From assembly GCA_030390025.1 (NCBI GenBank), contig CM059431.1, forward strand, positions 113,028,001 to 113,092,000: DNA of 64,000 nt. The letters are read 5' to 3'. Shown here in pieces: positions 1 through 12,556 of the stretch (position 1 is the stretch's first letter; each line of letters opens with the position of its first letter). Under the pieces are notes generated by a model that saw only the letters and a list, made by a program, of their open reading frames with translations, was not told the origin of the DNA and made no database searches. The stretch is from Squalus acanthias (Eukaryota). The position numbers were made by a program, and so were the translations under genes.

Positions 1-1408
1 CCCAGGTCCCTTGTACCTAATTTCAAAGGCGGGAAAAGTTTGCTAGTTAGAGGTAACTGTACTCCTAAATTTTGATCGCACTTCTCGTGGGACCCAACAA
101 ACATGAAACCTAAACTGGGAACTGCTCCACCCTCTGGGAGGTACCATTTGAAGAATGTACCATTGCCCTTTTGCACACATTGTGCTTCCACATCATTAAA
201 ATGTAGCGAGCATATAATATACAATTATTGCACAATCAATTTGTTTGGTCAGAACTAAGGTGTGCAGAAAGTCTGCACTGGGCTAGAATGGGATGGTCTT
301 GTGGATGAAAATCCTACCAGTTGCCTTATATCGTTGACAGTCCTTCGATCCCACAAATCAATTCAATTGGTAAACCTAAACAAGCTTATGCAAGGAAGTT
401 AGCACAGTTTTTATATCTGCTTAGAATATACAATTATATTATTCAGGAACACAGTGAAGGCATGCAGGAAAGTTGTTTATAGTCAAGGAGCATATGCCAA
501 ATACTGTGATCTACCAAAACGTTCATGTTACAGATACCTTGGTATAATTTTAAGGAAAACAATTCCTTTCCAAATGTGTTGCTACCAGATGTTTTTTGTC
601 TACAACCAATGGACGCGACTGCTGCCAACGCAGTAAAGTAGTTCAGAATAAAAATTTAAAGTTGAAATAACATTTATGCCGAACTGAGCCAAGAGAGAAA
701 GGAGGGGGCGGGGAAGAGATCGCTGCTGCCGAACTGAAGAAAATAGAAATTAAAAGTTGAATTGTTTTTTTTAACATTTAGGCGCAGAATTCTTCTGCGC
801 AGCTTCCGGTTCGTTGGCAGCAGTCACTCCGATATAATAATTCACTGGTGAAGAGATGGTTTACTCTTACACTTGATGACTCTACTTTTACACATTCATA
901 ATTTGTTAACATTCTTGACTCCACTATTTTTTAAATCTGAAGTGAGACTCTCACATCTCCTTCATTGCTATTGCTAAATTTCCTCCGTAATGTCTAATCT
1001 TTCCTTTTCCCCTTCAACAACTCTTAACTGTCTATAAACCCAAATCTATCCAACACCTGAATCATGATTCCATATTTAGGAATGTGATCTCTCACACTCG
1101 CAGATAGGAAACAAAGAAACACTTGCCTGGTACGCAATGCTTGTCTCACTGATCATTTCCAATCTCTGTGGCTGTTGCAACATTTTAGGATTTTCTCTGT
1201 TTTGCCAATGCTACTGTGGTCATTGCCCAGTTGATTTGCACTAATGTGTTCCTCCAAAGCTCTAAACTGTATCCTGTGGTTGGTATAAATGAATAAATTG
1301 AACAGATGATGAACTCGGAATTTTGACTAAACTTTGCTCTCTTTGCTTGTAGGTGAGCCCGTTGCAGAATTTATCTTCATTGAAGACAGCTCGTTTTGAT
1401 CTTTGAAA

Positions 1409-1478
1409 ATGTCAATATTTCAGAAATTAGCAAAGACATTCTCAGATGACAAATCCACTCCGACAAGTTCAAGTGCAG
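1409..1478 (+). CDS. SCEL: Sciellin coding exon 1 (MSIFQKLAKTFSDDKSTPTSSSA); exon acceptor at 1353
   Basis: Acceptor ctttgcttgtag|1353, aaaATG at 1409, donor CAG|gtttgt. Phase 1 joins the next exon in frame. Confidence 0.7.
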
Positions 1479-2664
1479 GTTTGTAATTTTTACATTTTTG
1501 CTGGGATTTATACCTTTATGAACTATAAAGTTCTATTCCCGGATTCAATTGTAAATATGAGAAGCTGAATATATTTTCACAATTGCCCTCTAATTAATGT
1601 CAGTCGGGATGTCATTGAATGATCAAGCAATGTCACAAAGCATCTAGAGAGTGATGGTACATAAGGAGGCACCATCTGATGGATAGTGTGAGCATTGATG
1701 CACCTGACAGTCTTTTGTCACCCTTCCCTTCATGTGTTCTTATTTATACCCTGGCCAGGGTTAGGTCAAGGGTAGAACTAACAAATATTGACTATATAAC
1801 AGTGAGGTATATCTTGAAGATAAATGAAATCAAAGTCACCTCATTTATTTTAGTTGGTCTATCTTCCGTGATACAATGTGCCAATGGGCAGAAGTTAACA
1901 GAATAAAATTCAACACAATGTGATCACAAAGAGGTTCCAATGATTAGATTTAGTGGAGTCACCACCCAAATACACCTTTCAGTACCTAGAACTTTCACAG
2001 TGTTAGGATAAAGTGATCAAGACTCATAAGGAGTAGGTGATGTTTGTATTAGGAATAGTAACAAAACGAGGTCCCCGTATTGGACAAGTGAAAATATCAC
2101 CTTCCATAACCACTGGCGAGATTCAGTTTATTTTAATTTCTTATGAAAAAAGGACAAAGAACCATTGTATCACTTTATTGTTCCCCATTGCGCTGTGCCA
2201 GGATTTCCTGGGGCTTCTCTATGAGAGGAAACTGGGCCTATTTTAGTGAGGTGCAATGGGACATTCCTGGCCTTCCACCTCACTTTCCTTAGACTCTGCT
2301 CATTAGCATAAAAAGCTAGCGCTATGTCCTCTCCCTGGGCCCTTTGCTAACTGGAATCCTGGTGCAGGCCAAAGATCCTCCAGGCAAGTAAAATAATTCC
2401 TTTTTAGCCCCTCGAGGAAAAATGGAGGCACTTGGGGGCCTCTTGGCTGCTAGAAAGTCCCAATCTTGGAAGCCTGATATGTAGATGCAGACCTGCTCCT
2501 GGAGTACCTTGGTCATTTGTGCGGTCTGAGGCAGGAATAGATATGTGTAGCTGCCTCCTCACAAGAACTGTGTACCTGATGGGTGCCCAGTGAGGAAAAT
2601 CTACCCTCCTGACGCAGTTGAAGCATTGAAAACTAAATCATACAGATTCCTTCTCGAGCAGAAA

Positions 2665-3310
2665 TAAAAAAGCAAATCCAATGCTGGCCTTTATCTCAAG
2701 ACGGCTGGAATACAAAGGGATGGAAGTTATGTTACAGCTGTACAGAGCTCTGGTTAGACCCCATCTGGAGCACTGCATTCAGTCTGGGCACCACAACTCA
2801 GGAAGGATATATTGGCCTTGGCGGGGGTGCAGCGCAGATTCACCAGAATGATACCAGGGCTAAAAGGGTTAAATTATGAGGCTAGGTTGCATAGACAAGG
2901 CTTGTATTCCCTTGAATATAGAAGATTAAGGGGAGATCTAATTGAAGTGTTTAAAATGATCAAAGGATTTGATAGGGTAGATAGAGAGAAACTATTTCCT
3001 CTGGTGGGAGAGTCCAGAACAAGGGGGCATAACCTTAAAATTAGAGCTAGGCCGTTCAGTGGTGATGTCAGAAAGCACCTCTTCACACAAAGAGTAGTGG
3101 AAATCTGGAACTTTCTCCCCAAAAAGCTGTTGAGGCTAGGTTAATTGAAAATTTCAAAACTAAGATTGATAGATTTTTGTTAGGTAAGGGTATTAAGGGT
3201 TATGGAACTAAGGTGGGTAGATGGAGTTAAGATACAGATCAGCCATGATCTAATTGAATGTCGGAACAGGCTGGAGGGTCTGAATGGCCTACTCTTGTTC
3301 CTATGTTCCT
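2665..3310 (+). mobile_element. CR1-type LINE 3' fragment
   Basis: ORF 2812-3144 (VQRRFTRMIPGL...RRLRGDLIEVFK...TRGH) plus the 3' UTR and a ctatgttc tail. Confidence 0.9.
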
Positions 3311-3519
3311 CTGAGAGTGGAGGGATTGCACATTACAGAATAGGAAAAGGATAGAGATAAAAATGGCTGATGTAAAAGAGGATTTAAATGATGGGTGAGC
3401 CTGATAAGTTGAATGGCCTTTCCCTTTTCCTACATTGTTACTTACTGATAGATTTTTACCTTCATCAGCGATATGTCCTTCACCATAATTATTGAAAGAT
3501 CGTAAAACTTTAATTTCAG

Positions 3520-3619
3520 GTGATGACAGGGACCAGGTCATTCGGGGAACCAAGAAGACGACTCGCTTAATAAATGATAACGACTGGATTAGAAATAAAC
3601 CATCTTCAGATGAATCTCA
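3520..3619 (+). CDS. SCEL: Sciellin exon 2 (GDDRDQVIRGTKKTTRLINDNDWIRNKPSSDES)
   Basis: tttcag| ... |gtaagt, phase 1 to 2; carries the conserved DNxWI motif. Confidence 0.88.
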
Positions 3620-3737
3620 GTAAGTGTTGAACACCACCATTATAACTATGGTTAAAAAGTAACAGGGACCATTGCTTCAACATGTGCCACTTTTAATTTA
3701 TTATTCTGCTTGAAATGAGCCTCAAATTGTGTCAAAA

Positions 3738-4205
3738 TGTGTCAGCTGTGGCTCAGTTGGTAGCACACTTGCCACTGAGTCAGAAGGTTGTGGGTTCAAG
3801 TCCCACTCCAGGAACTTGAGCACATAAAGCTAGGCGGACACTCCAGTGCAGTACTGAGGGAGTGCTGCACTGTCGGAGGTGCTGTCTTTCGGATGCGACG
3901 TTAAACCAAGGCCCCGTCTGCTCTCTCAGGTGGACGTAAAAAATGCCATGACACTATTTCGAAGAAGAGCAGGGGAGTTATCCCCGGCGTCCTGGCCAAT
4001 ATTTATCCCTCAATCAACATAACAAAAAACAGATGATCTGGTCATTATCACATTGCTGTTTGTGGGAGCTTGCTGTGAGCATATTTGCTGCCGCGTTTCC
4101 CATATTACAACAGTGACTACACTTCAAAAGTACTTGATTGGCTGTAAAGCACTTTGAGACGTCCAGTGGTTGTGAAAGGCGCTATATAAATGCAAGTCTT
4201 TCTTT
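3738..4205 (+). mobile_element. Full-length tRNA-headed DeuSINE (SacSINE1/AmnSINE-like)
   Basis: A box tggctcagttgg, B box ggttcaagtccc, Deu-like core (gaagaagagcaggggag...cacattgctgtttgtggg) and an L2-like tail aaaggcgctatataaatgcaagtcttt. Confidence 0.85.
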
Positions 4206-4497
4206 AAATTAATAGGAAATTCTGTATGTTTAGAACAAAAAAAAGAAAGGTGTATGTGTCATTTTTAGACATGCAATTTTTTTTTGGGCTGCCTCAAAAT
4301 GCCTCCTTTGCCCCTGAACAAGCTCCAGCCAGAGGACTGAGGGCTGGAGGGGGAGGGAACAGGTCACAGGTCAGATCCCAAGCATCTATCAATGCCACTG
4401 ATGACCCAGCCACTGACAAGCACATGTAAACCATTCAGGGTGACTCTCAGTCCAGTTTTCTCTCTCGCTTCCTGATGAGATGACTGGCCTTACGCTA

Positions 4498-4950
4498 CAA
4501 CAGCATAGCGGGGTTTGGGAACTCAATTCGTCTACTTCGCATAAAGAGATTTACGAGGGCAGATGTGAGCATTGAGAACGAAGTTGAAGAATTTAGGATG
4601 GGAAAAGGATTGGCACATTCAAAGAGACAGGATTTTCGGAAGCATTTGAAGGCAGGGAGGGAGACAGCGGAGGTAAAATTGTTTGGGAAGAGAAGTCCAG
4701 GACACATAGCTGAAAGATCCACCTTTAATGGTGGCGTGCAGGTGGTGGGAACAAGCAGTAACCCAGAGCTGGAGGTACCGAGGGTGTAGGGCTGGAGAAT
4801 ATTTCACAAGTAGAGTGGGGGATTAGTTAAAAGAGGTGGCTGAGGGCATAGACAGCTGAAAGCACAGCCGGCAATGGTAGAGTGAAGGGAGTGGGGGGTT
4901 GCATAAGAGGCCAGAGTTGGAGGAACGCAGAGTTCTTGAAGGGTTGTAAT
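4498..4950 (-). mobile_element. Degenerate L2 LINE 3' fragments
   Basis: Similar to the L2 at 17211-17620 (gacagctgaaagcacagccggcaatggt, aagaggccagagttggaggaacgcagag). Confidence 0.6.
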
Positions 4951-5036
4951 GCATCAGTACATCAGTGTGGCTGCCAATCAACTTTAAAGGATAAGAAATC
5001 AGCTCAATAAATTAAAACTGTTTTCTTTATTAACAG

Positions 5037-5108
5037 AAATATGTCAGCTGATGTCAACTATGGTAAATCTGCATTGAGCCGAGTAAAATCTGAAGAAGGC
5101 CTGAACAG
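5037..5108 (+). CDS. SCEL: Sciellin exon 3 (NMSADVNYGKSALSRVKSEEGLN)
   Basis: ttctttattaacag| ... AG|gtagag, 72 nt, phase 2-2, NYG motif. Confidence 0.88.
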
Positions 5109-6492
5109 GTAGAGATATTCTGCTGCTTGAAATTCTGGATCAGAATTTCTATACAGAAAAGTGTTGCTCATTTTCTGTGAAGCAGCTTAATGGTTCTGCA
5201 ATTGTAACTGATTCACATGTGTGAATCTTTATAATTCTCCAGATATCTGTAAATTGCAATTTTTTTTTTCTCAGTCTGAATTTTTCCTTTCTGGAAGCTA
5301 ATCAGAGACTGCTTCAGATGACCTTTGGCTTTCCTGCTGATTGGCTTGAATTAGAATTACAACAGGCTGCTGCACAATGGCTTCTAGGTGTACCATACAC
5401 GTCTGGTAGAAAATGCTTAAAAGCTGACCTCGGTGCATGTATAAAGGGGCTGCATGTTATTGGCTCATGAAACCGACACTATCTTTGTGAGAGAGAGAGA
5501 ATTATGAAATATTTGTGGCATCCGCATCTTTCATAAATGCAATACTAATAAATCCCAAGAATAATCTAGCAGTGTCACTCTAATATTGTTTGTATACAGC
5601 ATCTTTAGCCAAGTGAAGGAATTTAGTACACCGATCTCAAAAGAGTAATATAAAACTGCTCGCTCCAACTGGCATTGACAAAAGTCAGCCTACCTTAAAA
5701 ATGCAGAGGGTCATTTTTACTTTGCATCATCATTAGTTTGAATGCTTCTAGTGTAAGGTCTGCTTTTGATGAATTAATTATTAATTGATTAATTAATTAT
5801 TTTAATATTGATTCTACTTTAACTGATGGAAGGACCTCAATGAGTCATCAGTGCTTTTTTTTTATCAATACAAGTATCACTGGCCCATGGAGGATGGTAA
5901 GCAGAGCTCCATGTATCCGCCTGAGGGTGCAAACATGGAGTTCTGCCTTGTCCACTCCATAGCAAGGCAAGAGGTCAGACTGTAAAAAGGTAGGTACTGT
6001 TATTAAAAGTGACTGCTTGCTTTACTTCACCTTGCTAACTTTGCTATCTTGACTGGTGCAGTACAATGTTAGCAGGCTTTTTTTTAGCTATACAGAATAA
6101 CAAAAAAGAAAATATATACAGAATAATTGGTGCTTTATTTAATAAAATGTAAATGCATATCTTGAATCGATTTTAGCAGAAGCAGAAGGAAATGTTCATT
6201 TAATGAAAATAACTTTCTTTCTGTTCTTTCCTTTCTATTTTTGGTTTAAAAGCATGACCCCAATAACATACAACTTTACAAAAGTTGCATCCACTATGTC
6301 CCTAATTAAAAACGCTGATCTCACTGTGAAGTCAAAACGAATAGCTGTGTCTCTAAAATCGTCGGTCTGATTTAAAATTCTGCGATCTTTTTCAGTGAAC
6401 CCTTTTTGCTTTGCTGAATAATGTGAAGTACATTGGTTGAATCATGTTACTCTTGGCGTTTTCTGAGCCTGCCTTTTATCTTGTTTATACAG

Positions 6493-6552
6493 CGATCCGA
6501 CTAGCAAGCTGAGGCCGACAACAAAGTCCGATACCATAGATGGAAGAAGAAG
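6493..6552 (+). CDS. SCEL: Sciellin exon (DPTSKLRPTTKSDTIDGRR)
   Basis: tttatacag| ... AAG|gtgtga, 60 nt, phase 2-2, open frame. Confidence 0.75.
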
Positions 6553-7100
6553 GTGTGAATTTATTGAAAGTTTTCATAGTACCATATAATGTATATTGGT
6601 GTGTTTAAAAAAAAAACTTTATTATGTGAGGGTGGATCGTCAGTTTAAATGTCGAGCAACAATGACTTTAGCTTAAGTGCCAGGGCTATTGTCTCATGAA
6701 CTCACTTGCTCGAGCTGAGTGGGTTTCAACAGAATTCCAGATGGCGTTCCAAAATCTGTCATTCCCACATTGACAAATGGAATGAATCCAACCTTTCCTG
6801 CTGGAACCATGACTCCTGCTGGGCAAATGTAGAACAACATTCATACTAACGTAATGAGAAGTCTGTGGCCTGGAATATCTTATCCTCCTCAAACAAGAAG
6901 AATGAGTGAGCAGTGAAGAAAATTAATCTGGCAATTCTTCTACATTCGCATGTTTATACAGGTCTTTTTTATGAATGTTGCTGCACTCAGGAAATCTGCC
7001 CAGATGTGAGTTACAGTACTGATGTTCATTCTTGTTTTAACAAAGTTGGATATATTTATATGTTCTGACACCCAACATGACATAAGCAACAAAGACAATG

Positions 7101-7851
7101 GGCCTGAATTTGCGGTCGGGGGTTTCCCGTGGGCGAATGCCTCCGAACCGCAAGAAAAATACGAACCTACCTGATGGTCCCTGAGGTTCGTAGACTCGCG
7201 CTCCTGGGCCTGTAGGCGTACGCCCGCGTAAAGGCCCACGTAGCCCATGGGCGCACGCGGTTCGCAAGCGCCCCTGAGATCACATGGACCAGGCCAACAA
7301 ATTAGAAAGGGGAATCCCCATTCATGCTTATGGGGATTCCATTTACGTACGGAATCCCCGTAAGCTTAATAGGAATCCCCTAAAAAACACAAATTTCACA
7401 CAACTTAAATAAAAATAAATCATTACATGTTCAAAATGAATTAAAGTACAATTAAATTAAACATTTAAAACATAAATTAAATTTTTTGAAAAATAAATTT
7501 AAACATTTTAAAGGGGCTAAAAGTAGCCTATAACTAATTTAAAAGTTTTTTTTATGTTTAAATAATTTAAAAATTTGTTAAAAAATATTTATTTAAACTC
7601 TTACACTAATAAAAGGAGGCCCTACACCTGCTTTGACCAGGCGTAAGAGTTTCACGGCCATTTGCTGGGCAGTAGTTGGGCAAATAGCCCAGCTCTCCAC
7701 CCGCAAATGTCCATTTCTTAGGAATGCGGTGGATCTGTCAAGCTGAAACTTGACAGATCACAAGTTCCGGGTTTTCGTGCATGTGGAAACCCGGAACTTG
7801 TGGGGCACCTACGGCCACATACGCGGTCATAGGCCCTGGAAAATCCAGGCC
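7101..7851. mobile_element. Hairpin-rich MITE with Harbinger-type termini
   Basis: Termini GGCCTGAATTTG / AAAATCCAGGCC, an AT-rich core and several internal palindromes. Confidence 0.75.
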
Positions 7852-8285
7852 ATTGCTTTAACATTATCCTTAGATTTGTGGCTCTTTGGCTAGTCCAGTG
7901 AGAAGGAATAAAAAGATCTCTCTTTGCATTGAGTCTAAGTAAGAGTTTGGATAATTCAATTCCCAGTAGACATGAGTCAACAGCAACCAAACAATCAATT
8001 CCAGTAAGTGGTAGGGAGGAGCAAGAAAAATAATTTGGCAATTTTGCTACATTAACACTAGGGGAAATTTAACACATTATGACACCTGATCTGTACCAAC
8101 TATATAGTGATCTCAAGTTCAGGCTGACAAACAACACTGTAGAAACAACTTGGTAGATGCAATCACACGTCAATAGTTATTTATTGTGTAACATGTCCAA
8201 TTTGAAATTCAGCTGTGTGAAATAGATCTGGGACTCAGGACCAGGTGAACGGAATTATTAACCAATTTAAACAGGTTTTAGAGGG

Positions 8286-8510
8286 CAGGTCAGGCAGCCT
8301 CTGTGGAGAGAATGGACATGTTAATGTTTCAGGATGTGAATCCTTCCTCAAAACTGCTGCTTTGCTGAATTCTGTGAAACAAATTGGTTAAACCATGTGA
8401 ATAAAAAAACTGTTCTCTTTGCTGTTTTGAGGAAGGGTGCACATTTGCAATGTCAACATGTCTGTTCTTCCCCACAAATGTTGCCTGACCTGAGTGTCTC
8501 CTGCATTTAG
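8286..8510. mobile_element. Degenerate inverted Penelope-type terminal repeat pair
   Basis: Inverted arms caggtcaggcagc...gagaatggacatgtt / aacatgtctgttct...gttgcctgacctg; same family as 28084-28234. Confidence 0.5.
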
Positions 8511-9326
8511 GGAAAATGTTGTAGAATATCGGAGGGTGTTTCAATCTTAGTATATAAGAAGGAAGACGAGCAGGGCGTTTGAGGAATGCTGTGTTAGTTT
8601 CATAAGAAAATATGGGGTTTGGAGATTTACTGGGTGTGGTGAGTTTCAATGGCAACCAATTATTTTAAAGCAAAGTCTGGAACAACAGGTTGGACAAAAT
8701 AAGCAAGAAACATAACTAGTATGTTTCATGTTGAACAGCAGGCTTTTCCAACCTTCTGAGGGTAATTTTAAAGAGAATTGTCATCAAATTGAGAAGGTTT
8801 CTGAAGCTCACATACTGGCATAGCCAGCCTGAGCTGTAAAAGATGGTATAATGGCCGTTGAGGAAGATATCATGCTGCTCTTTTGAAGAACTTTCTTCAG
8901 GTTATTTCCGTAAAAGATTGCGAATTCATATTTGTAAAATGCAGTTTGCCTCACATAAGACATGATAAAGCCAGCTTACAACTTATGTCATCTTTTATTT
9001 GCTTTTGATGAACCTTGTAATTTTTTTCCTTTTAAGTAGGAACTTTAATTAAGGCCAAAGTGTGGCAAACTTCTCATTAAATAAATAAGGGGTTCCAGTA
9101 GCAATGCAGGTCAGAGTCACTTTAAAAGATAGTTTTATTTTGTAGAGAAGGGAAAGAAAATAACAACCGTTTCTGAAACCAAGGAAAATCGAACAGTGAC
9201 TGTTGCTTATTTACATTTCAGTTAGTTTCTAATCCGCTGGATCTGTTCAATAAATCTGTCTAGCTGCTTATCTGCACGTTGTATAAAATTATGTCCACTG
9301 TGTTTAAATGATTTTAAGAGAAGGTG

Positions 9327-9914
9327 GGGGAGAGGTTGGTTATAGCCCGTTTTCAGGCGCAAAATAAGCAGCGTGATCAGATTGTGCCAGAAGCCAGAGG
9401 CCCGAGACTCCTCCCAAATTGGGCCCCGGGCCTCATTTGAATAGTTCCGCTGGACTGCGGATGCCAATGGAGCGCCTCGAGGCAGCTCTGGCCGGTTTCC
9501 TGCAGGCCATTTTAGGGCTAGTTGCGATGCCAGTGGCGGCTCTCAGGTAGGTCCTGGGAGGGGGTGGGTAGTGAAGTGGAGGGGGCAAGCACAAGCCCCG
9601 GAGCCAGGAGGAGCTAAAAACTTGACGTTTGGTTGGTGGCCTCCAACGGTCTCTTTAGGACCCACTGGTCAGGTTGCAGAAGAACCGGAAAAATTGAGTT
9701 TTGCTGAATTTCGGAGCAGGCTTGTGAAACAGCGATTCATCCCCTCATTAGCATATGCAAGTGGCCTAACATCTGTATCAGACGGATGCCAGGGATGCCT
9801 GAATATTGCCTGAGCCAATATGGCATTGGATGTACTTCAGGCATCGTTCGGGCACAGGACAAAGCACCTCAAAATTAGTGTTTTTTCCTCCTGTTTTGCT
9901 TCCAATTTCTCCCC
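9327..9914. mobile_element. MITE / non-autonomous DNA transposon
   Basis: GGGGAGAGGTTGG ... CCAATTTCTCCCC termini, like those of the 30114 element; GC-rich interior. Confidence 0.6.
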
Positions 9915-10727
9915 TAGCGTTTATGCATTTTTTATACGTACTTAATTATTTGTTCTGAAATCTTATAACTGAATACTTTATTTTGAAATTTATAAATAAA
10001 GCAGAAGGAATTATTTGCCATTTGCTAATCAATAGTATTGGAGTTCCTACCAGATTGACTGACCCTAAATATGAAACATAGCCAAACATGTAAATATCTG
10101 AAGTAAGCAGAGAAATTGTTTTAGATACTCATCATGGATTATTGCAGGTAACATGATTCCATTGTATTTTTCTTTTATCTTCAAATTAGTATATGTTCAA
10201 GTTGAATTCTGTTCGGTACATACTGTTCCCTGTAGATATGCACATTCTGACAAGTGTCAACAGTTTTCCTAAGAAACATGGATGGGGTTAAGGTGAGGTA
10301 GAGTGGGGAGCAGTGTGCTGGTGTTGAACATTGTAGTAAAAGTGTCTCTGTGGTAGGACATAGATTGAATGTTGTCAGAACGCTCAGAACCTGATCAGAG
10401 CTGTGCCGTCGTGAGTTGTGAGTAGACAGCTATCTGAGGTTGTGGCATTTCTCTCTTGCAGGGGGAAGGTGGAGGAAGGAAGGGAAAAAGGGAAGAGTCG
10501 GACAGTATAGTCCATCTTGAGCAGTACCTCCTATGCCCTGGTAGCTGGCTAATGAGACATTGGCTTTAGGGATACTTCCAGTGGAAAGAGCTTTACAAAA
10601 CTGATAAAATAGTTTTCAGTGTTGTGCTATTGTTGTTTTATTAAAAGCCCAGATTCATTCTACCAAATGTGACCAGGGACCTTTTTTAAAGAAATGCATT
10701 TGAAGGTAGAACTGTTCTCTTTATCAG

Positions 10728-10802
10728 CAGCACTTGGTTATTTAATGGCGGCCGTAGCACAGTTGTACACAACCGATTCAAATCTGAAGAGTTCCTGTGC
10801 AG
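10728..10802 (+). CDS. SCEL: Sciellin exon (STWLFNGGRSTVVHNRFKSEEFLC); NAGNAG acceptor at 10728/10731
   Basis: ctctttatcagcag acceptor and CAG|gtagaa donor; paralogous to exons 5037 and 13936. Confidence 0.72.
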
Positions 10803-11473
10803 GTAGAAATACTGATGGGGCCCAGTAGAGTCTCTGGCCGTAATACCACCGACCTCCACTTGAAGTGGCGGTGTTGCACGTGAATTCCTGAAATGATCCT
10901 GGCTTTCCCAATCACCTTGAATCAGCTTAATTTCATCGGATGATTGCTTACAGATCAGAATTTTCTTCTATCTCAACACTTATTAGAAACGATCAGTTTC
11001 TAACCATGCTTTCAAATGATGCTTGCTTGTTGATTTCTCTTGGTTTGGACAATGTCCTTACGTTCAAATTGTATATAACAGGAGTAATTAATGCTCTTTA
11101 AATGAATTACATGAAGACTAAATACAACATTTGTAACATGAAGATCTTTGGATCACAGCACTTCATTGTTAATGCCACTGGAGCAATCTGAATTTATTTT
11201 TGTGTTAGAATAGGGTTCAAGTAACCAAAATGTTCAGGTAGCCGTATCTCTCAAGTCCCACTCTGGAATATTTGGAGATGACCATATTTGAAGTAAAGGA
11301 ACTCTTTTTTTTCCTTTGTTAAATTAAAGTACCCTTATAAATATTTGCCTCAGTATCCTAAAACCAAAAACTCCAATCATACTTAAAAATATTTTTTGTC
11401 ACTAATCCAACATAAGCATCTGATTTTCCATTGGTCTCCGTAGGTGACTGTAGTTGAACAGTTAATGAATAAA

Positions 11474-12068
11474 GGGGCTGAAATTCTGTGGCCATTCTGG
11501 TAAGCAGGTGCAAGCACTGCAGGAATGTGCAGGAATGGCCAGAAATGAACTCGGACCCAAATATATTAGATTTCCTGCCGGTTTCTGTGGGTCCTTGTTT
11601 GGGACTGATCCTTCGCCTGCCCCAAACAAGGACACACATACCAGAGGGGGCATGGCTGGGAGCATAGGACTCTCAAAGCTAGAGTAACCTCATTCCAATC
11701 TGGCAGTCTGCTGGCAGACTGGTATTCCCAGTGAAAGGAGGTATACTTGCCCAATAACCAGCAGAACTGGGGCCTACCTTTGGGCCCAGGCCTGGGACAT
11801 GGTCTGGAGCCCTTCTTTCTTGACACCTAGCAAATGTTTATGATGTTTCTGGGACCTTCCCCCCACCCCCCTCGGAGCATTCATCCTTCGTTTGGGATTC
11901 CTGACCTCCATTGACTGGCTGGCACCTGAGATGTGCCCCTCGTGGTCCGGTACTCGTTGACTACGTTCAACTGAGGTGACCTTTTCTTGACCCCACATAT
12001 TTTGGTAGGGTCAGAAGTGGAGATCCAGGCACTTCCACCGGAATCAGAATCCCGCAGAATTTGCAGCC
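11474..12068. mobile_element. MITE / non-autonomous DNA transposon
   Basis: Imperfect TIRs GGCTGAAATTCTGTGG ... CCGCAGAATTTGCAGCC. Confidence 0.55.
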
Positions 12069-12499
12069 AGAATGTATCGTAGACCAAATAACCCCCCTCA
12101 AAAATATAGATTTTAGAGTTAATGTTTATAACTAAGTGAAAACAGTGACGGCACTTTTTAAATCTTTATGGTCAAGGTTAAGATTGTATAGATTTAAAAA
12201 AATGCTGGAAATCTGAAATAAAATCAGAAAATGCTTGAAATGTACAGTAGGGACACTCAACAGATGAAGGAGAAAGATAAGCGATGAAGAGTTACACCTG
12301 AAATGATAGCTTATCTGATCTGACTGATCCGCAATGCGTTTCCAATTTTTCAAGGCTTTTAGCACTTTGGATTTTTGCTTTCTTAGCTCCTTTACTGTAG
12401 GTTGCAAAGGAAAACAACTGATCAATGAATATGAAAATGTACTAATAGTAGAATCTCTTTTTTAATGCTGATAGTTTTACGTCTTTTTCTTTTACACAG

Positions 12500-12556
12500 C
12501 GGTACTGCTGATCCCAGCAAGACACAACGCAGTTCAACTTTGGATAGACCTGCAAG
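12500..12556 (+). CDS. SCEL: Sciellin exon (GTADPSKTQRSSTLDRPA)
   Basis: Strong pyrimidine tract plus acacag| ... AAG|gtgaga, 57 nt, phase 2-2. Confidence 0.82.

Noticed and set aside
640..850. Gene promoter (GC box ggggcgggg, cttccggt, tataata)
   Set aside because: The motifs lie in a short duplicated and palindromic, repeat-like stretch, and no convincing first-exon donor was found, so a promoter cannot be supported.
3738..3812. tRNA gene
   Set aside because: The A and B boxes run straight into a SINE body that recurs at 60116; this is a SINE head.
9146..9260. Additional exons after tttgtag (9145) or tttcag (9221)
   Set aside because: Both have stop codons in the required phase-2 frame and no good donor.
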